Below are positions 1 through 13,177 of a DNA stretch of 64,000 nt, piece by piece. This DNA is from Eledone cirrhosa (Eukaryota). Numbering within the stretch: position 1 is the stretch's first letter; the number at the start of each line of letters is the position of its first letter. Location: positions 331,080,001-331,144,000 of the forward strand of contig OZ024742.1 in the NCBI GenBank assembly GCA_964016885.1. The letters run 5' to 3'. The translations under genes were made by a program, and so were the position numbers. The notes under the pieces were generated by a model. It was not told the DNA's origin. It worked only from the letters and a program-made list of their open reading frames with translations, and did no database searches.

Positions 1-142
1 ATCTTTGCTTATATATATATATTGGTAAACGGAATAGAAAATGCTGACAAATTGTTCACAGTTGAAAAATGGTTTAATTAGGAATAAAAGAGTATTAGTA
101 ATTGTATGGGTTAGTATTCAGTTATGGTTTTAAGTTTTTAAG

Positions 143-180
143 TTTTTACCGGTTTCGCATTTCTAAATGCTTTTCAAAAA
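143..180 (-). ncRNA. Minimal type I hammerhead ribozyme, U3:A8 core
   Basis: Minus strand: UUU-UUGAAAA-GCAUU(UAGA)AAUGC-GAAA-CCGG-UA^AAAA; palindromic stem III ACCGGU; weak stem I; predicted cut between 147 and 146. Confidence 0.75.
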
Positions 181-243
181 TAATTGTGAGATAGAGTGTC
201 CGTGTTGTTTGCTCTGATCTGATTAGTTTTGGGAATTCTACCT

Positions 244-490
244 GTTTTTATGTTAAAAAAGTGGCTCCAGCGCTACGTTGGTGTTGCAAAAATTCTTGTG
301 GTCAAAACAATTTTGATTTGTCGGTAGAGGTCATGTGAATGTAAAAAATTGATTTTGCGCCAAGACTGGTTTTATGTTAAAAAAGTGGCTCCAGCGCTAC
401 TTGGTGTTTGCAAAAATTCTTGTGGTCAAAACAATTTTGATTGGTCGGTAGAGGTCATGTGAATAAAAAATTGATTTTGCGCCAAGACTG
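244..490. repeat. ~124-bp tandem duplication inside the PLE 3' region
   Basis: tgttaaaaaagtggctccagcgctac...gcgccaagactg occurs twice (at 251 and 375). Confidence 0.9.
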
Positions 491-618
491 AGAAATGACT
501 CTTTCACAACAAATGTGTGTGTGTGTGTGTGTGTGTGTAGTAGTAGTAAGGTGTTCGATGTTGTGATAATGGTTAGCAGGGATGTGTGTCAAATGGCTAT
601 TAAGATAAGTGTGTGTGT

Positions 619-682
<64 letters not shown>

Positions 683-1021
683 CAGAGTAATTCGTGGTAG
701 CAGCGATGGTCAGTAGAAATGTGTCTGTAAGCAGTGGGGGGTATTTTAGCATGTCAAAATATATTTTTCAGCTTTTGTCTTATACGGAGAAGTGTGTGTG
801 TGTGTATAAGTCTCTTTGTATGTTAATGTACGCGTGTGTATGTGTGTGTGTATATATATGTGTGTGTGTGTGTGTGGACCAGTATTTTTTTCCCCCTGGT
901 AAAATGGTGTACATTATTCGATTTTTTCAGTAAAATCGGTTCTCTTAATAGAACATCAAAAATCTTAACAATAAAAGGTGTGAAATGATATTCACTATAT
1001 ATATATATAACACACATATAT

Positions 1022-1137
<116 letters not shown>

Positions 1138-1263
1138 CACATATATTTTTTTGTGTTGCACCATAGAGCATGTGTGTTTACGTATGTTATTGTGTTTATA
1201 TGTGGGTAGAGATGTGTGCTGATGTAGGTATGTATCTTGACGTGTGTATGTTGTGGGTTCGTC

Positions 1264-1806
1264 TTAGGGAGAAGTGTTTAGACAGTGTCCGTATTTGTTA
1301 ATGAAGTAAGATTCCTTGCTGATGCGCTGGGTGTGGGTGGCATTATCTTTAAATTTGTAGAGGGGAATGATTCTGAAGTTGGTATGATTTTGGGCGGCAC
1401 AGGTATCAATGGGTTCACTCAGTGGTATTTTCCTGTATTCCCGTATTTTAATTTGGGATCTATGGACAGTCATGCGTTGGCGGAGGATGTTTTTGGTCTG
1501 GCCTATGTATTGTTCTCGACAACCTGAGCAAGTTAATACATATATTAGATTTTCCGATGCACATGTGAATTTGTGTTTTACTATAAAATGTTGTCCTTCT
1601 TTGAAATAGAATTCCGAACCCCCTATTAGGTTGATGCAAATGCCACAGTTGGGTCTATCGCATTTTTTTACAGTGGGTTTCGTTGTTGTGGTTGGCAGTA
1701 CATTGGCATGTGTTAGGATGTTTTTCATTGACTTGGATTGTCTTTTGCTCTTTATGATACCGTGTGTTCGTAGGATTTGGTTCATTCTATAGTCCTTTTT
1801 CAACAC
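1264..1806 (-). pseudogene. GIY-YIG endonuclease portion of PLE polyprotein
   Basis: CDRPNCGIC...NLIYVLTCSGCREQYIGQTKNILRQRMTVH; the upstream RT is broken. Confidence 0.9.
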
Positions 1807-2567
1807 AGGGATGTTCTGGAGGATGGTGTCAAAGGCCTCATTGTTGAGGGGGTTGTGTGTGGAGATGTATGGAAGAGCTTTTAGTTTCGGTTGATTTACT
1901 TTAGGGTGTCTAAGGTCCTGGGTTCTGAGTTTTAGGGCACGTTGGATTCCATTGTCAATTAGTGATGCTGGGTAGTCCCTGCCTATGAGTGTGTCCTTTA
2001 GTTATTGTAGCCGTAAGTAGCAGGTGTTTTTATTGGAGACTATAGTACAGATTCTCTTGGCTAAGTTGTAGGGGAATATACATTTTAACGTTTCTAGGGT
2101 GGAAAGAGTTGAAAGGGAGATATTGCTTGGAGTCTGTGGGCTTGTAGCATATGTCTGTTTCTATTTTTTTGTTATTGATCTTCATGAGGATGTCGAGGAA
2201 GGGGAGTTGTTGATGGCTGTATTCCATCGTGAAGTTAATATTCGTGTTGAGCCCATTTATAAGGGTGTGAAATTGTTTAAGTTTTTCGATGTTTTCGTGC
2301 CAAAGGATGAAGCAGTCATATAGATATCGCTTACAGTTCCTTTCAATGTGTAAGTGGAGGGTAGAGGGTGATTTCCAGGTATCCCATGACTAGGTTGGCA
2401 TAAGTGGGGGCTGTTTTCGTTCCCATAGCGGTCCCAGATTTCTGCCTGTAGGGTTTGTTATTGAAAACGAAAGTAATTGTTCTCCAAGATAAATTTGAGT
2501 CCCTCTATCACGAATTCTTTTTTGATGCGTTGTGGGAGTTCATTGTGGAAATTATCCAGCCATACCC

Positions 2568-2573
2568 ACACAA

Positions 2574-2662
<89 letters not shown>

Positions 2663-2764
2663 TATACACATATATATATATATATATAAATATATATATG
2701 TGTGTGTGTATGTGTGTATATATATATATATGTGTGTATATATATGTATATATATATATACATA

Positions 2765-2825
<61 letters not shown>

Positions 2826-2851
2826 GCATATACACACATATATATATATAG

Positions 2852-2922
<71 letters not shown>

Positions 2923-3570
2923 TATGTATACGTATATATATAAGTCTATATATATATATAAGTATATATGTGTACAGACGCACAGTAGTATGTATATATA
3001 TACGTACATACACATATATATTTATATGTATGTATGGGTTTACCGAACATTTTTTAATAATGTTCGGTTTGTTTGTAAACATTGCCGAGCACTGTACGGT
3101 GCAATTCGGGCTGTTTGTTTATGTATGAACAAAGATTAATATGGTTCGTTGATTAATATATAACTTATTTTTTATAACGACACCAATTGCTCACTACACA
3201 AACATATCGTCGTGGTGAATCTTACGGAAATTGTGTAAGTACTCTTATTCAGACATAACATTCTTCGTTTTCTACAGAAATCTTATGATATCTAATAGAC
3301 GACAATGTTTTGATTATTATCATTGCAAACATCATCACCATTATCACCTTCATTATCATCAATCGTCGTCGTCATCATCATCATCATCATCATTATCATC
3401 ATCATCATTATTACCATCATCATTTCGATCAACAACATCAACTAAAGCATCAACCTCGTATTTCATTTTGCTGCTCACCAACATCACTGCCAAGATAGTC
3501 AGCAGCAACACCACCACCACCGCCTCCACCGCTACTACTCCTAATACTACTACTACTACTACTACTACTG

Positions 3571-3633
<63 letters not shown>

Positions 3634-3729
3634 GGTTTTCCTTATATCTTTTAGTACGTGTGAAACGTTGTTTAGAATTTATTTGTCGGACAGTAGCTAA
3701 AATATTACAGAGAATGAAAGACAGAATTA

Positions 3730-3772
<43 letters not shown>

Positions 3773-3779
3773 GTAGATG

Positions 3780-3821
<42 letters not shown>

Positions 3822-3853
3822 CGCACACACGCACACACAAACACAAACACAAA

Positions 3854-3920
<67 letters not shown>

Positions 3921-3941
3921 ACACATATATATATATATTTA

Positions 3942-4002
<61 letters not shown>

Positions 4003-4472
4003 CCTATGGTGATTTGACAGAAATCCAATATATAAGAACGTCTGTATCGTGAAAAAAGAGAAATGTGAACAAAAATATGAACATTTGTTGAATACAAAGG
4101 AATAACGAATAGTTTTATGAACACCATTTATTGAGAAATGTAATGTCTAGCAAACCTCTCAGCAGATTATTACAAATGTATTTACGAGACGAAAAGTCCG
4201 TGTGCATGGACACTGATTTAAGTTGATCGCTTTCTCTCATGTCAGCCACCACGACAAACAATGTATTTTAAGTTCAAAATCTACATATATTATCATTGCT
4301 TTTCATTGTTTTGAGGTTGATTAATAAAGTACAAGTATATTGAATGTTTCTTTTTTCCATCCCATTAAAGGGGCACAGGCGAACTATTTTTGTTCGATTC
4401 ATCCCGCGACTTCAGTTAATTAATTACACACACAAGCACACACACACACACACACACACATACACACACACA

Positions 4473-4527
<55 letters not shown>

Positions 4528-4583
4528 ACACACACACACCCACACCCACAAACACACACACACCCACGCACACACACACACCT

Positions 4584-4670
<87 letters not shown>
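2568..4670. repeat. Compound microsatellite block (TA, CA, CAT, CTA), representative of dozens of tracts across the window
   Basis: Direct inspection; source of the YI/HT/CV/poly-T ORFs. Confidence 0.95.
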
Positions 4671-4675
<5 letters not shown>

Positions 4676-4802
4676 GAATGTATATAAAATGTATTTTGCA
4701 ATACACTTTATGCTTAATTAAAAGCATTTTGAAGACCGTATGCTATTGTTTTAGAGTAGTGACAAACTCACTTACTTTAATCTCAGCAAACAAGGAGAGA
4801 TA

Positions 4803-4847
4803 AGCCGACAATGCCTTTTTTCGCATTTATTGATGCTTATCAAGGCT
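4803..4847 (-). ncRNA. Second copy of the retrozyme hammerhead, two stem III substitutions
   Basis: AGCC-UUGAUAA-GCAU..AUGC-GAAA-AAAGGCAUUG-UC^GGCU. Confidence 0.75.
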
Positions 4848-5274
4848 AACTACTCCCTCCTGTCTACTGAGATCACTGATGTTATATTCTTATAGAATTG
4901 TAGTAAACAATCAGGAACTGATTATACAGAGCGGATGCCGGTCAGGCAGAAATTAAAAATTAGAAATGGAACTCTGAAATAGCAATATATATATGAATGT
5001 ATATATAAAGTATTTTGCAATACACTTTATGCTTAATTAAAAGCATTTTGAAGACCGTATGCTATTGTTTTAGAGCATAAAGTGTATTAAGCATAAGTGT
5101 ATTGCAAAATACATTATATATACATTCATATATATATTGCTATTTCAGAGCTCCAATTCTAATTTTTAATTTCTGCCTGACAGGCAACCGCTCTGTATAA
5201 TCAGTTCCTGATTATTTACTAGAATTCTATTAGAATATAACATCAGTGATCTCAGTAGACAGGAGGGAGTAGTT

Positions 5275-5319
5275 AGCCTTGATAAGCATCAATAAATGCG
5301 AAACAAGGCCTTGTCGGCT
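5275..5319 (+). ncRNA. Type I hammerhead ribozyme (intact), U3:A8 core, GUC site
   Basis: AGCC-UUGAUAA-GCAU(CAAUAA)AUGC-GAAA-CAAGGCCUUG-UC^GGCU; stem III is the palindrome ACAAGGCCUUGU; stem I can extend via GGGAG/CUCCC. Confidence 0.9.
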
Positions 5320-5496
5320 TATCTCCCCTTGTTTGCTGAGATTAAAGTGAGTGAGTTTATCACTACTCTAAAACAATAGCATACGGTCTTCAAAATGCTT
5401 TTAATTAAGCATAAAGTGTATTGCAAAATACATTATATATACATTCATACATATATTGCTATTTCAGAGCTCCAATTCTAAAATATATATATATAA

Positions 5497-5541
<45 letters not shown>

Positions 5542-5662
5542 TGAGATTTTACATGACTAGAACTGTTTCATTCTTTAGAACTATATTAAAACTTGTATAC
5601 GCTGTTATGTATTGTGTACCTTAATTACTGTGGTTACCTCCGATTCATCCCGGAATAACTTA

Positions 5663-5729
<67 letters not shown>

Positions 5730-5896
5730 TTATATGTATATACATGTGTGTAATGTGGATGTGTGTGAGTTCGTGTGTGTCTGTTAGCGTGTGCGTGTCT
5801 TTCAGCATTTCTTTTTGTGTGATACTTTATATATATATATATATATACATATATATATAAAGTAACACACAGAAAGTAACGCAGAAAGACACGCAC

Positions 5897-5969
<73 letters not shown>

Positions 5970-6689
5970 AAAGTTCTATTTACATTGTTGGGATACAACA
6001 AGCAAATATGTTTATAACTGATATAAAGCACTCAACAAATAATTGGAGTAAAAATACGATATTAACAAATGGAAACTATATTTATAAAACCATATTTATT
6101 TCATTGTACATATCTCAAGGACACCAAGTTAAATTATGGTGTGCGTTCATCAGATAAAATATAATATAGAGCAGTTTTATAAATAAATATTGACATACCC
6201 TTAAAGAATGCAACCATTACTGTTGGAGGCTTCCGGATATTGGAGTTATATCTTTAATTATACTATTAGGTAAGTTAGTATTGGAGATTTTAAAAATAAG
6301 CCGGTGGGTTACGGAGAAAAGAGAAAGAGAGAGAGCAGAACAACAGAGAGAAAAAGAGAGAGAGAGGAGAAAGAGAAAGAGAAAGGAGGGAGAGCGAAAA
6401 CTCTAAGTCATATCTTGTTGAGTTATCTTAACATTTGGGATGAAATGAATAAATAAAATTAGAAATGTTAATAATCATGAATGCAAGATACATGTATAAT
6501 ATGAGAAATTTAACCATTGTTTAAATATGATTAAATGTTTAGTTAATCAGTAAAATATTGAGATCAATACCTTAAAAATTGATATCTATATATTAAGAAA
6601 TCTATATATTATTATTAAGACTATATTATTAAAAATCTATATATTATAAATCTATATATTATATAACACACATACACACGCAAAAATAT

Positions 6690-7667
6690 TGTCTTCATTA
6701 TCCATTTCACAAACTAAATGAGAAATTAAACTACGTCAATTTTAACTCTAATCACCCCCAGATCCATTAAAAATACTACAGTGAACTCTGTCTAGGAACG
6801 AATTTCGAGAATTTCAGCTAATAAGAATATATTTGATGAAAAAGCACATTATTACAACGAAGCGTTAGGTAGAGCTGGGTATAGAATTAAAATTAAATAC
6901 ATTGATAATAATAATATAACAACTAACCATAATGGTAAAAATTTTAACTATGTTAACAATTTTAACAACTATAATAGAAAACCTTACAATAATTCCGAAA
7001 ACAAAACAAGAAATAGAACTAGGAACATATTATGGTTCGCTCCTCCTTTCTCATTAAATATTAAAACCCTTCTTGCTAAACTATGTTTTAAAGCTCTTGA
7101 CAAATGCTTCCCTAGAACACATAGATATTATTCAATATTTAATAGACATACTATAAAATTAATTTATTCTTCCACCAAAAACTTAGCGCAAGATATTAAT
7201 AGAATTAATAATAGAAATTTTAAACCTAACCAAAATACCAATAATGACCCAAGCAATATCCAATTTGATAAATGTAACTAGAAATAAATCTAACTGTCCG
7301 TTAAATAACAATTGCTTAGCTAAAAATATAGTATATAATTGTAATGTAAAAACTAATTTAAATTCATTTAATTATGTGGGATCCACTTCCACAGAGTTTA
7401 AATCCCTATTCAATAATCATAAAAATTATTTTACAGATCCAAACAAAAATCTTCAACTTCTCTATCTAGCTTATTATGGGACCTGGAACTAAAGAACGTT
7501 GAATATTCGTTGATTTGGAATATTATTTCAAAAGCTACTCATGTTAATTCCTCTTCAGAAAATTGTGATCTTTGTATCGAGGAAATATTCTTTATATTAA
7601 AGACCAAACATTCCCTGAACCTAAGGAACAATTTTATTCAGTTGCTGTAGACATAGATTGAACTGAA
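6690..7667 (+). pseudogene. PLE thumb + GIY-YIG remnant
   Basis: RNILWFAPPFS, NCPLNNNCLAKNIVYNCNVK..YVGSTSTEFKSLFNNH, CDLCIEE; frameshifts. Confidence 0.85.
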
Positions 7668-9233
7668 CGTTTAAATATAAATTTAAAATGTAATATATAA
7701 TTAATTAATTAATTCCATTAATATATTGAACCTATCGATAAATCATTAGATTCCTTCATATTTTGACTGCTTATACACTCAAGTAAAAAAACTGTTCTTC
7801 CTAAATATAAATAAATATAATAAACTATTAAATAAATATAATAAACTCTTAAAGGGGGAAAATATTTTTTGATAGTTTCTCCTATTTTCGAAAGTTTATC
7901 TTTTGAAAGTTTCTTTTTCTTTCTCTTATGGATATAAAATTAAGTTAAATATACGTAGAACATTTTTATACTACATTTATTAAACATATTATTATTTTGA
8001 AATTATAACTTGAAATATTCTATAATATGTTTAAAGTTATATTGTTTTAAATTATATTGCTTATAATTATATTTCCAAATCGTAATATAATTTTTTGTAT
8101 TTTATGTACTTCAATTATACTATGTACTGTATTTATATATACTTGTCTATCTCTATATGTGTATATATATATATGTATGTGTGTATTGATATACATGTAC
8201 ATATGTTTTATGAGTGTATGTCTATTTATATGTATATATATATGTGATGCATATCTAGGTATTGTGTGTGGGTACACACATATATGTATATATATGTGGA
8301 CATTGTGTATGTATATATATGTCTATATGCATACAAATCGATTGCACTTAATAACAGTCATAACTACATAAGAGGTAATCTTATAAAACTTATTTTAAAA
8401 AATTTGTTTAATAACATAAAGTGTGTATTACATACAATTACCTTTAATATATTAACAATTGTAACATTTATATAACTAAATAACGTAATTTTCCTTCACG
8501 CTGCTTTGATTTTACATTGAAATGATTTTCTCTGATCTTATAAGATTCCTATATCTTAAATTAAAAAATCCTTTATATTTTATATGTATATATTATATAC
8601 GTAGTTAGATATGTATATGTATTTGTATACGTGTGTATATATATTTATATGTATGTATTTTTGCGTGTGTATGTGTGTTATATATATATAGATATTTAAT
8701 AATATAGTCTTAATAATAATATATAGATTTCTTAATATATAGATATCAATTTTTAATGTATTGATCTCAATATTTTACTGATTAACTAAACATTTAATCA
8801 TATTTAAACAATGGTTACATTTCTCATATTATACATGTATCTTGCATTCATGATTATTAACATTTTTAATTTTATTTATTCATTTCATCTCAAATGTTAA
8901 GATAACTCAACAAGATATGACTTAGAGTTTTCGCTCTCTCTCCTTTCTATTTCTCCTCTCTCTCTCTCTTTTTTTCTTTCTGTTGTTCTGCTCTCTCTCT
9001 CCCTCCTTTCTCTTTCTCTTTCTCCTCTCTCTCTATTTTTCTCTCTGTTGTTCTGCTCTCTCTCTTTCTCTTTTCTCCGTAACCCAACGGCTTATTTTTA
9101 AAATCTCCAATACTAACTTACCTAATAGTATAATTAAAGATATAACTCCAATATCCGGAAGTCTCCAACAGTAATGGTTGCATTCTTTAAGGGTATGTCA
9201 ATATTTATTTATAAAACTGTTCTATATTATATT

Positions 9234-9290
9234 TTATCTGATGAAAGCAAACCATAATTTAAATTGGTGTCCTTGAAATATGTATAATGA
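9234..9290 (+). ncRNA. Decayed hammerhead-like motif (inverted copy at ~6103-6156)
   Basis: CUGAUGA-[..ACCA/UGGU.. stem]-GAAA-UAUG-UA; stem I pairing is poor. Confidence 0.4.
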
Positions 9291-9324
9291 AATAAATATG
9301 GTTTTATAAATGTAGTTTCCATTG

Positions 9325-9380
<56 letters not shown>

Positions 9381-9404
9381 GATATATATATATATACACA
9401 TATA

Positions 9405-9461
<57 letters not shown>

Positions 9462-9882
9462 TGGCTGCCAACTCGTTTTCGAGTTCGGCCACTACTTTAT
9501 ATCCATGTAGGAGAACCCCTACCGATACACTGAACGTGTGTGACTTTTTAGTCCAGCCAGCGACTTGAACACTCTGGTACAAACACTACACTTGTGACAA
9601 TTATTGACACATAGTGCTGGGCCGATGGTACCATGTGACGACAAGTGCAGAGAGATCTCCAGATATAAAGCAATGCCTGTGTCAGGAAGTTTTTATAGTG
9701 AGGAAAGGCACTGCACAAAGCCAGTCCCACTCTCTTAACCAATATGATAGTTACCAAAAAGAAGAACAAGTCAACATCATTGGATACCATCAGAGTTGCA
9801 GGTGTTATATCAGAGTTTTTCTTCTCCTAGAATTCTGCCTTGACAAAGGTTAAGGGGTGATCTCTCTCGGTGATATCGGATG

Positions 9883-9916
<34 letters not shown>

Positions 9917-9920
<4 letters not shown>

Positions 9921-10033
9921 AACAAGTAAGACCCCGACGGCTGATCTCAAGCCGTTTCGACGGCTAATTCTGGACTGAATGAAAATGTATTCTGGTATTT
10001 AAATAGCCGAGCTTATCAAGGGGTAATTCCATA
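9917..10033 (-). ncRNA. Extended type I hammerhead ribozyme (intact), U3:A8, 54-nt stem II
   Basis: ACCCC-UUGAUAA-G..CGGCUA...UAGCCG.C-GAAA-CGGCU(UGAGAUC)AGCCG-UC^GGGGU; stem I continues past an internal loop (GGAA/UUCC); predicted cut 9936|9935. Confidence 0.85.
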
Positions 10034-10699
10034 TATGGTCAAAGAGATAATCACCAGGATTGGTCACATCACAAGTTAGTAGTAAATCTGTGATGGCAAA
10101 TTGGTGGGGGAAGGGGTAGCTAAACCTGCCGGTAGGAGAGAGAGGGGTGGAGTTCACCCATTCATGCGTTGGTAGTGCAGGCTACTGCTGGGTGTGAGGT
10201 CAAAGAGGATACTGGGGAGGGGGACGGGGGGGAAGTCGAAACGGTAAGTAGAACAATGACGGGTAAAACTATAAAAAGTACTGAGAGAGAAAAAAAATAA
10301 TAAGCAAAGTCTGGTTACTAAGACTTAAGTCTCTCGCTATTGCTAGGCTAAAGAAATACATAAATATATAAATAAACAAATAAGTGAATAAATGAAAAGA
10401 TAAAAAAAATATATATATATATATAATGAAGAATAAAAAAATAAATTAAATTAAACTAGGTGGGACGGAAATAATGGGACCCTTATACGAGGTATAAGTG
10501 CGTGTATCTTACGGTGACGGGTCAACAAAGGGGGGGCCAAAATACTACAGAGACTACCACGAAATAATAAAGGTTTCTACCCCAATCACAGGGCCAGCAA
10601 CCACCCAGAGCAAGGCCCTCAAGCGGAGTGGTTCCGGGAGGAAATATCTTACTGTCCAGCTCCCATTCGCGGAACCAGCAGGCGACACCGCCGCTCACG

Positions 10700-11397
10700 C
10701 AATGTAACATGGTTCAATCCTCCCCACAACGCCGAGGTGACAACTCCCATCGGGAAAATTTTCTTTAGGCTCATTGAAAAACACTTCCCACCACAACACC
10801 GCTACCACAACATAATTAACAAAAATACCATCAAACTTTCTTACAGCACTACACCTAACTTCGCACAAAACATCGTCTCCTCCAACAACAAAAAACTCAA
10901 ACCCCGATGGAAGAAACAACCAAAATAGCAGTGGAGAGCCGACCAGGAGGTGCAACTGTCCTGATAGATCCAGTTGCCCCCTCGACAACAGATGCAGAGA
11001 CCGTAATGTGATCTACCAGTGCAACGTGAGCACGGACACCTCCAACAAAGCTTATATAGGATTAACCGCATGTGACTTCAAGACCCGGCTATACCAACAC
11101 AGACATACCTTCCGAAACCCGGCCCGGCGTCACGCCACTACACTTTCGGGCCACATATGGGATCTCAAGGACAACAACATCAACTATGATCTCACTTGGA
11201 AATTACTGTCCAGAGCCAACTCTTACACGGGAGGACGCCGTCCGTGCAATTTATGCTCGGAGGAAACTTTACAAATGTTGTTTTCGACGGACCAACTCCT
11301 AAACAAGAAAGATGAACTGGTTACTGCATGTAAACACCGATTACGTAGGACTTATCTCGACCTCAAACCCCATAATGACCCGGGGGGGGGGGGGTAG
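10700..11397 (+). pseudogene. PLE C-terminal GIY-YIG endonuclease region
   Basis: WFNPPHN, CNCPDRSSCPLDNRC, VIYQCNVST..AYIGLT..FKTRLYQH, CNLCSEE; one frameshift near 10925. Confidence 0.9.
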
Positions 11398-12178
11398 ACT
11401 AGGGCTATAACACCCCACTTGCCTATTTTGTAAGGGGTAACCCCTGCTTGCCAATGGAGACGTAAGATCTTCTTTTACATTCTTTTATCGCTTCCTCTAT
11501 ATTTCCTCCTTCCCCCCATCCCTCCCTAGTCCTTCTACCCTAGTTCCCTTTCTTTTTCGTCGTCTTTCTCTCGCCCACTCGAGGTAGCCCCTCGGTCCCT
11601 TGTAGCTTCAGCACCACCACCCCCTCCCCTATTCTATGATAGATTTAGCTGACTCCGCTTTTTATAGCAGAGGTGTTAGACTTCGGATACTTGCCCCCTT
11701 CTCCGACCGCTGTTCCTTTTTTCCGTGCCTTCTATATTTCTTAGTGGCATCTTTGCTTTAATTTCTCGTTTATCCAGTATTTCTTTCCTCTTTTTTCCTT
11801 TTTTTTTGGGGGGGGGGGGGTGAGGAGGGGGGGGGGTCTGTATTAATTTTCCGTTCTTTACTTTTACTTCGTACGATCTTTCATGTAGCTTGTATAAGAC
11901 TTTTTGTTTCGTGGCGGACCCTTAGAGTTAGCACGAGTATTTTTTTGCGGGACCCTGAATTATATTATCGTACTAGTTTACTTTCTTGCTCTGGGTGGTT
12001 GCTGGCCCTGTGATTGGGGTAGAAACCTTTATTATTTCGTGGTACTCTCTTATGTATTTTGCCCCCCCCCCCCCTTTGTTGATCCGTCACTGTACGATAC
12101 AGGCACTTATACCTCGTATAAGGGACCCATTATTTCCGTCCCACCTAGTTTATTTTTATTTATTTTTTTATTCTTCAT

Positions 12179-12225
<47 letters not shown>

Positions 12226-12601
12226 TTTATCTATTCTTTTATTCACTTATTTGTTTATTTATTTATTTATTTATGTATTTCTTTAGCCTAGCAATAGCGA
12301 GAGACTTAAGTCTTAGTAACCAGACTTTGCTTATTATTTTTTTTTCTCTCTCAGTACTTTTTATAGTTTTACCCGTCATTGTTCTACTTACCGTTTCGAC
12401 TTCCTCCCCCTTCCCCTCCCCAGTATCCTCTTTGACCTCACACCCAGCAGTAGCCTGCACTACCAACGCATGAATGGGTGAACTCCACCCCTCTCTCTCC
12501 TACCGGCAGGTTTAGCTACCCCTTCCCCCACCAATTTGCCATCACAGATTTACTACTAACTTGTGATGTGACCAATCCTGGTGATTATCTCTTTGACCAT
12601 A

Positions 12602-12718
12602 TATGGAATTACCCCTTGATAAGCTCGGCTATTTAAATACCAGAATAAATTTTGATTCAGTCCATAATTAGCCGTCGAAACGGCTTGAGCTCAGCGTCGG
12701 GGTCTTACTTGTTCCTAT
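12602..12718 (+). ncRNA. Extended type I hammerhead, second copy (1-nt deletion in stem III)
   Basis: UUGAUAA 12616-12622, GAAA 12677-12680, GUC 12696-12698, GGGGU 12699-12703. Confidence 0.8.
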
Positions 12719-12803
12719 TACCCACTCTACTACCCTAAGTATTGAGTACTTTGGTGCGTTATGGTCCACCTGGTTCCTTACCACATTTCCTTCGTTATAT
12801 ATG

Positions 12804-12856
<53 letters not shown>

Positions 12857-12882
12857 GTATATGTGGCTATATATATATATCC

Positions 12883-12924
<42 letters not shown>

Positions 12925-12929
<5 letters not shown>

Positions 12930-13117
12930 AACGAGTAGGACCCCGAGGGCTGAGCTCAAGCCGTTTCGACGGCTAATTCTGGTCGAGAATTAGCCGTCGA
13001 AACGGCTTGAGCTCAGCCGTCGGTGTCCTACTCGTTCCTATTTCCCACTCTACTACCCTAAGTATTGAGTACTTTGGTGCGTTATAGTTCACCTGGTTCC
13101 TTACCACATTCCATCCG

Positions 13118-13120
<3 letters not shown>
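12925..13120 (+). mobile_element. Miniature fold-back derivative of the 9.9-12.8 kb PLE 3' end
   Basis: Arms 12925-12980 and 12986-13041, 5-nt spacer, same ~78-nt tail; holds only the 3' half of the HHR; (TA)n flanks. Confidence 0.88.
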
Positions 13121-13175
<55 letters not shown>

Positions 13176-13177
13176 AA

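Larger units (their letters stand above)
4668..5482. mobile_element. Non-coding retrozyme-like element: 319-nt unit, ~1.25 units per arm, two arms inverted
   Basis: Direct period of 319 on both arms (4671/4990; 5101/5420); arms are reverse complements; one HHR per unit; flanked by (TA)n; no ORF. Confidence 0.85.
5967..9330 (+). mobile_element. 5'-truncated PLE (CxC..CPL..C linker type) between inverted pLTR arms
   Basis: Arms ~6060-6688 and ~8656-9330 are reverse complements; internal decayed thumb + GIY-YIG; (TA)n flanks. Confidence 0.85.
9916..12797 (+). mobile_element. 5'-truncated PLE (CxC..CPL..C linker type) with upstream inverted pLTR
   Basis: Arms 9916-10614 and 11985-12718 are near-perfect reverse complements; ~78-nt extra tail on the right arm; (TA)n on both sides. 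Confidence 0.92.

Noticed and set aside
3043-3070. Hairpin accgaacatt/aatgttcggt as HHR stem III
   Set aside because: No core strands nearby
9460-9890. Hairpin gccaactcgttttcgagttcggc and ctgccTTGACAA as a split hammerhead
   Set aside because: The halves are on opposite strands and stem II does not pair convincingly
9916-12718. Long inverted arms as DNA-transposon TIRs
   Set aside because: Interior encodes a PLE GIY-YIG, arms are unequal and carry HHRs, and there is no transposase
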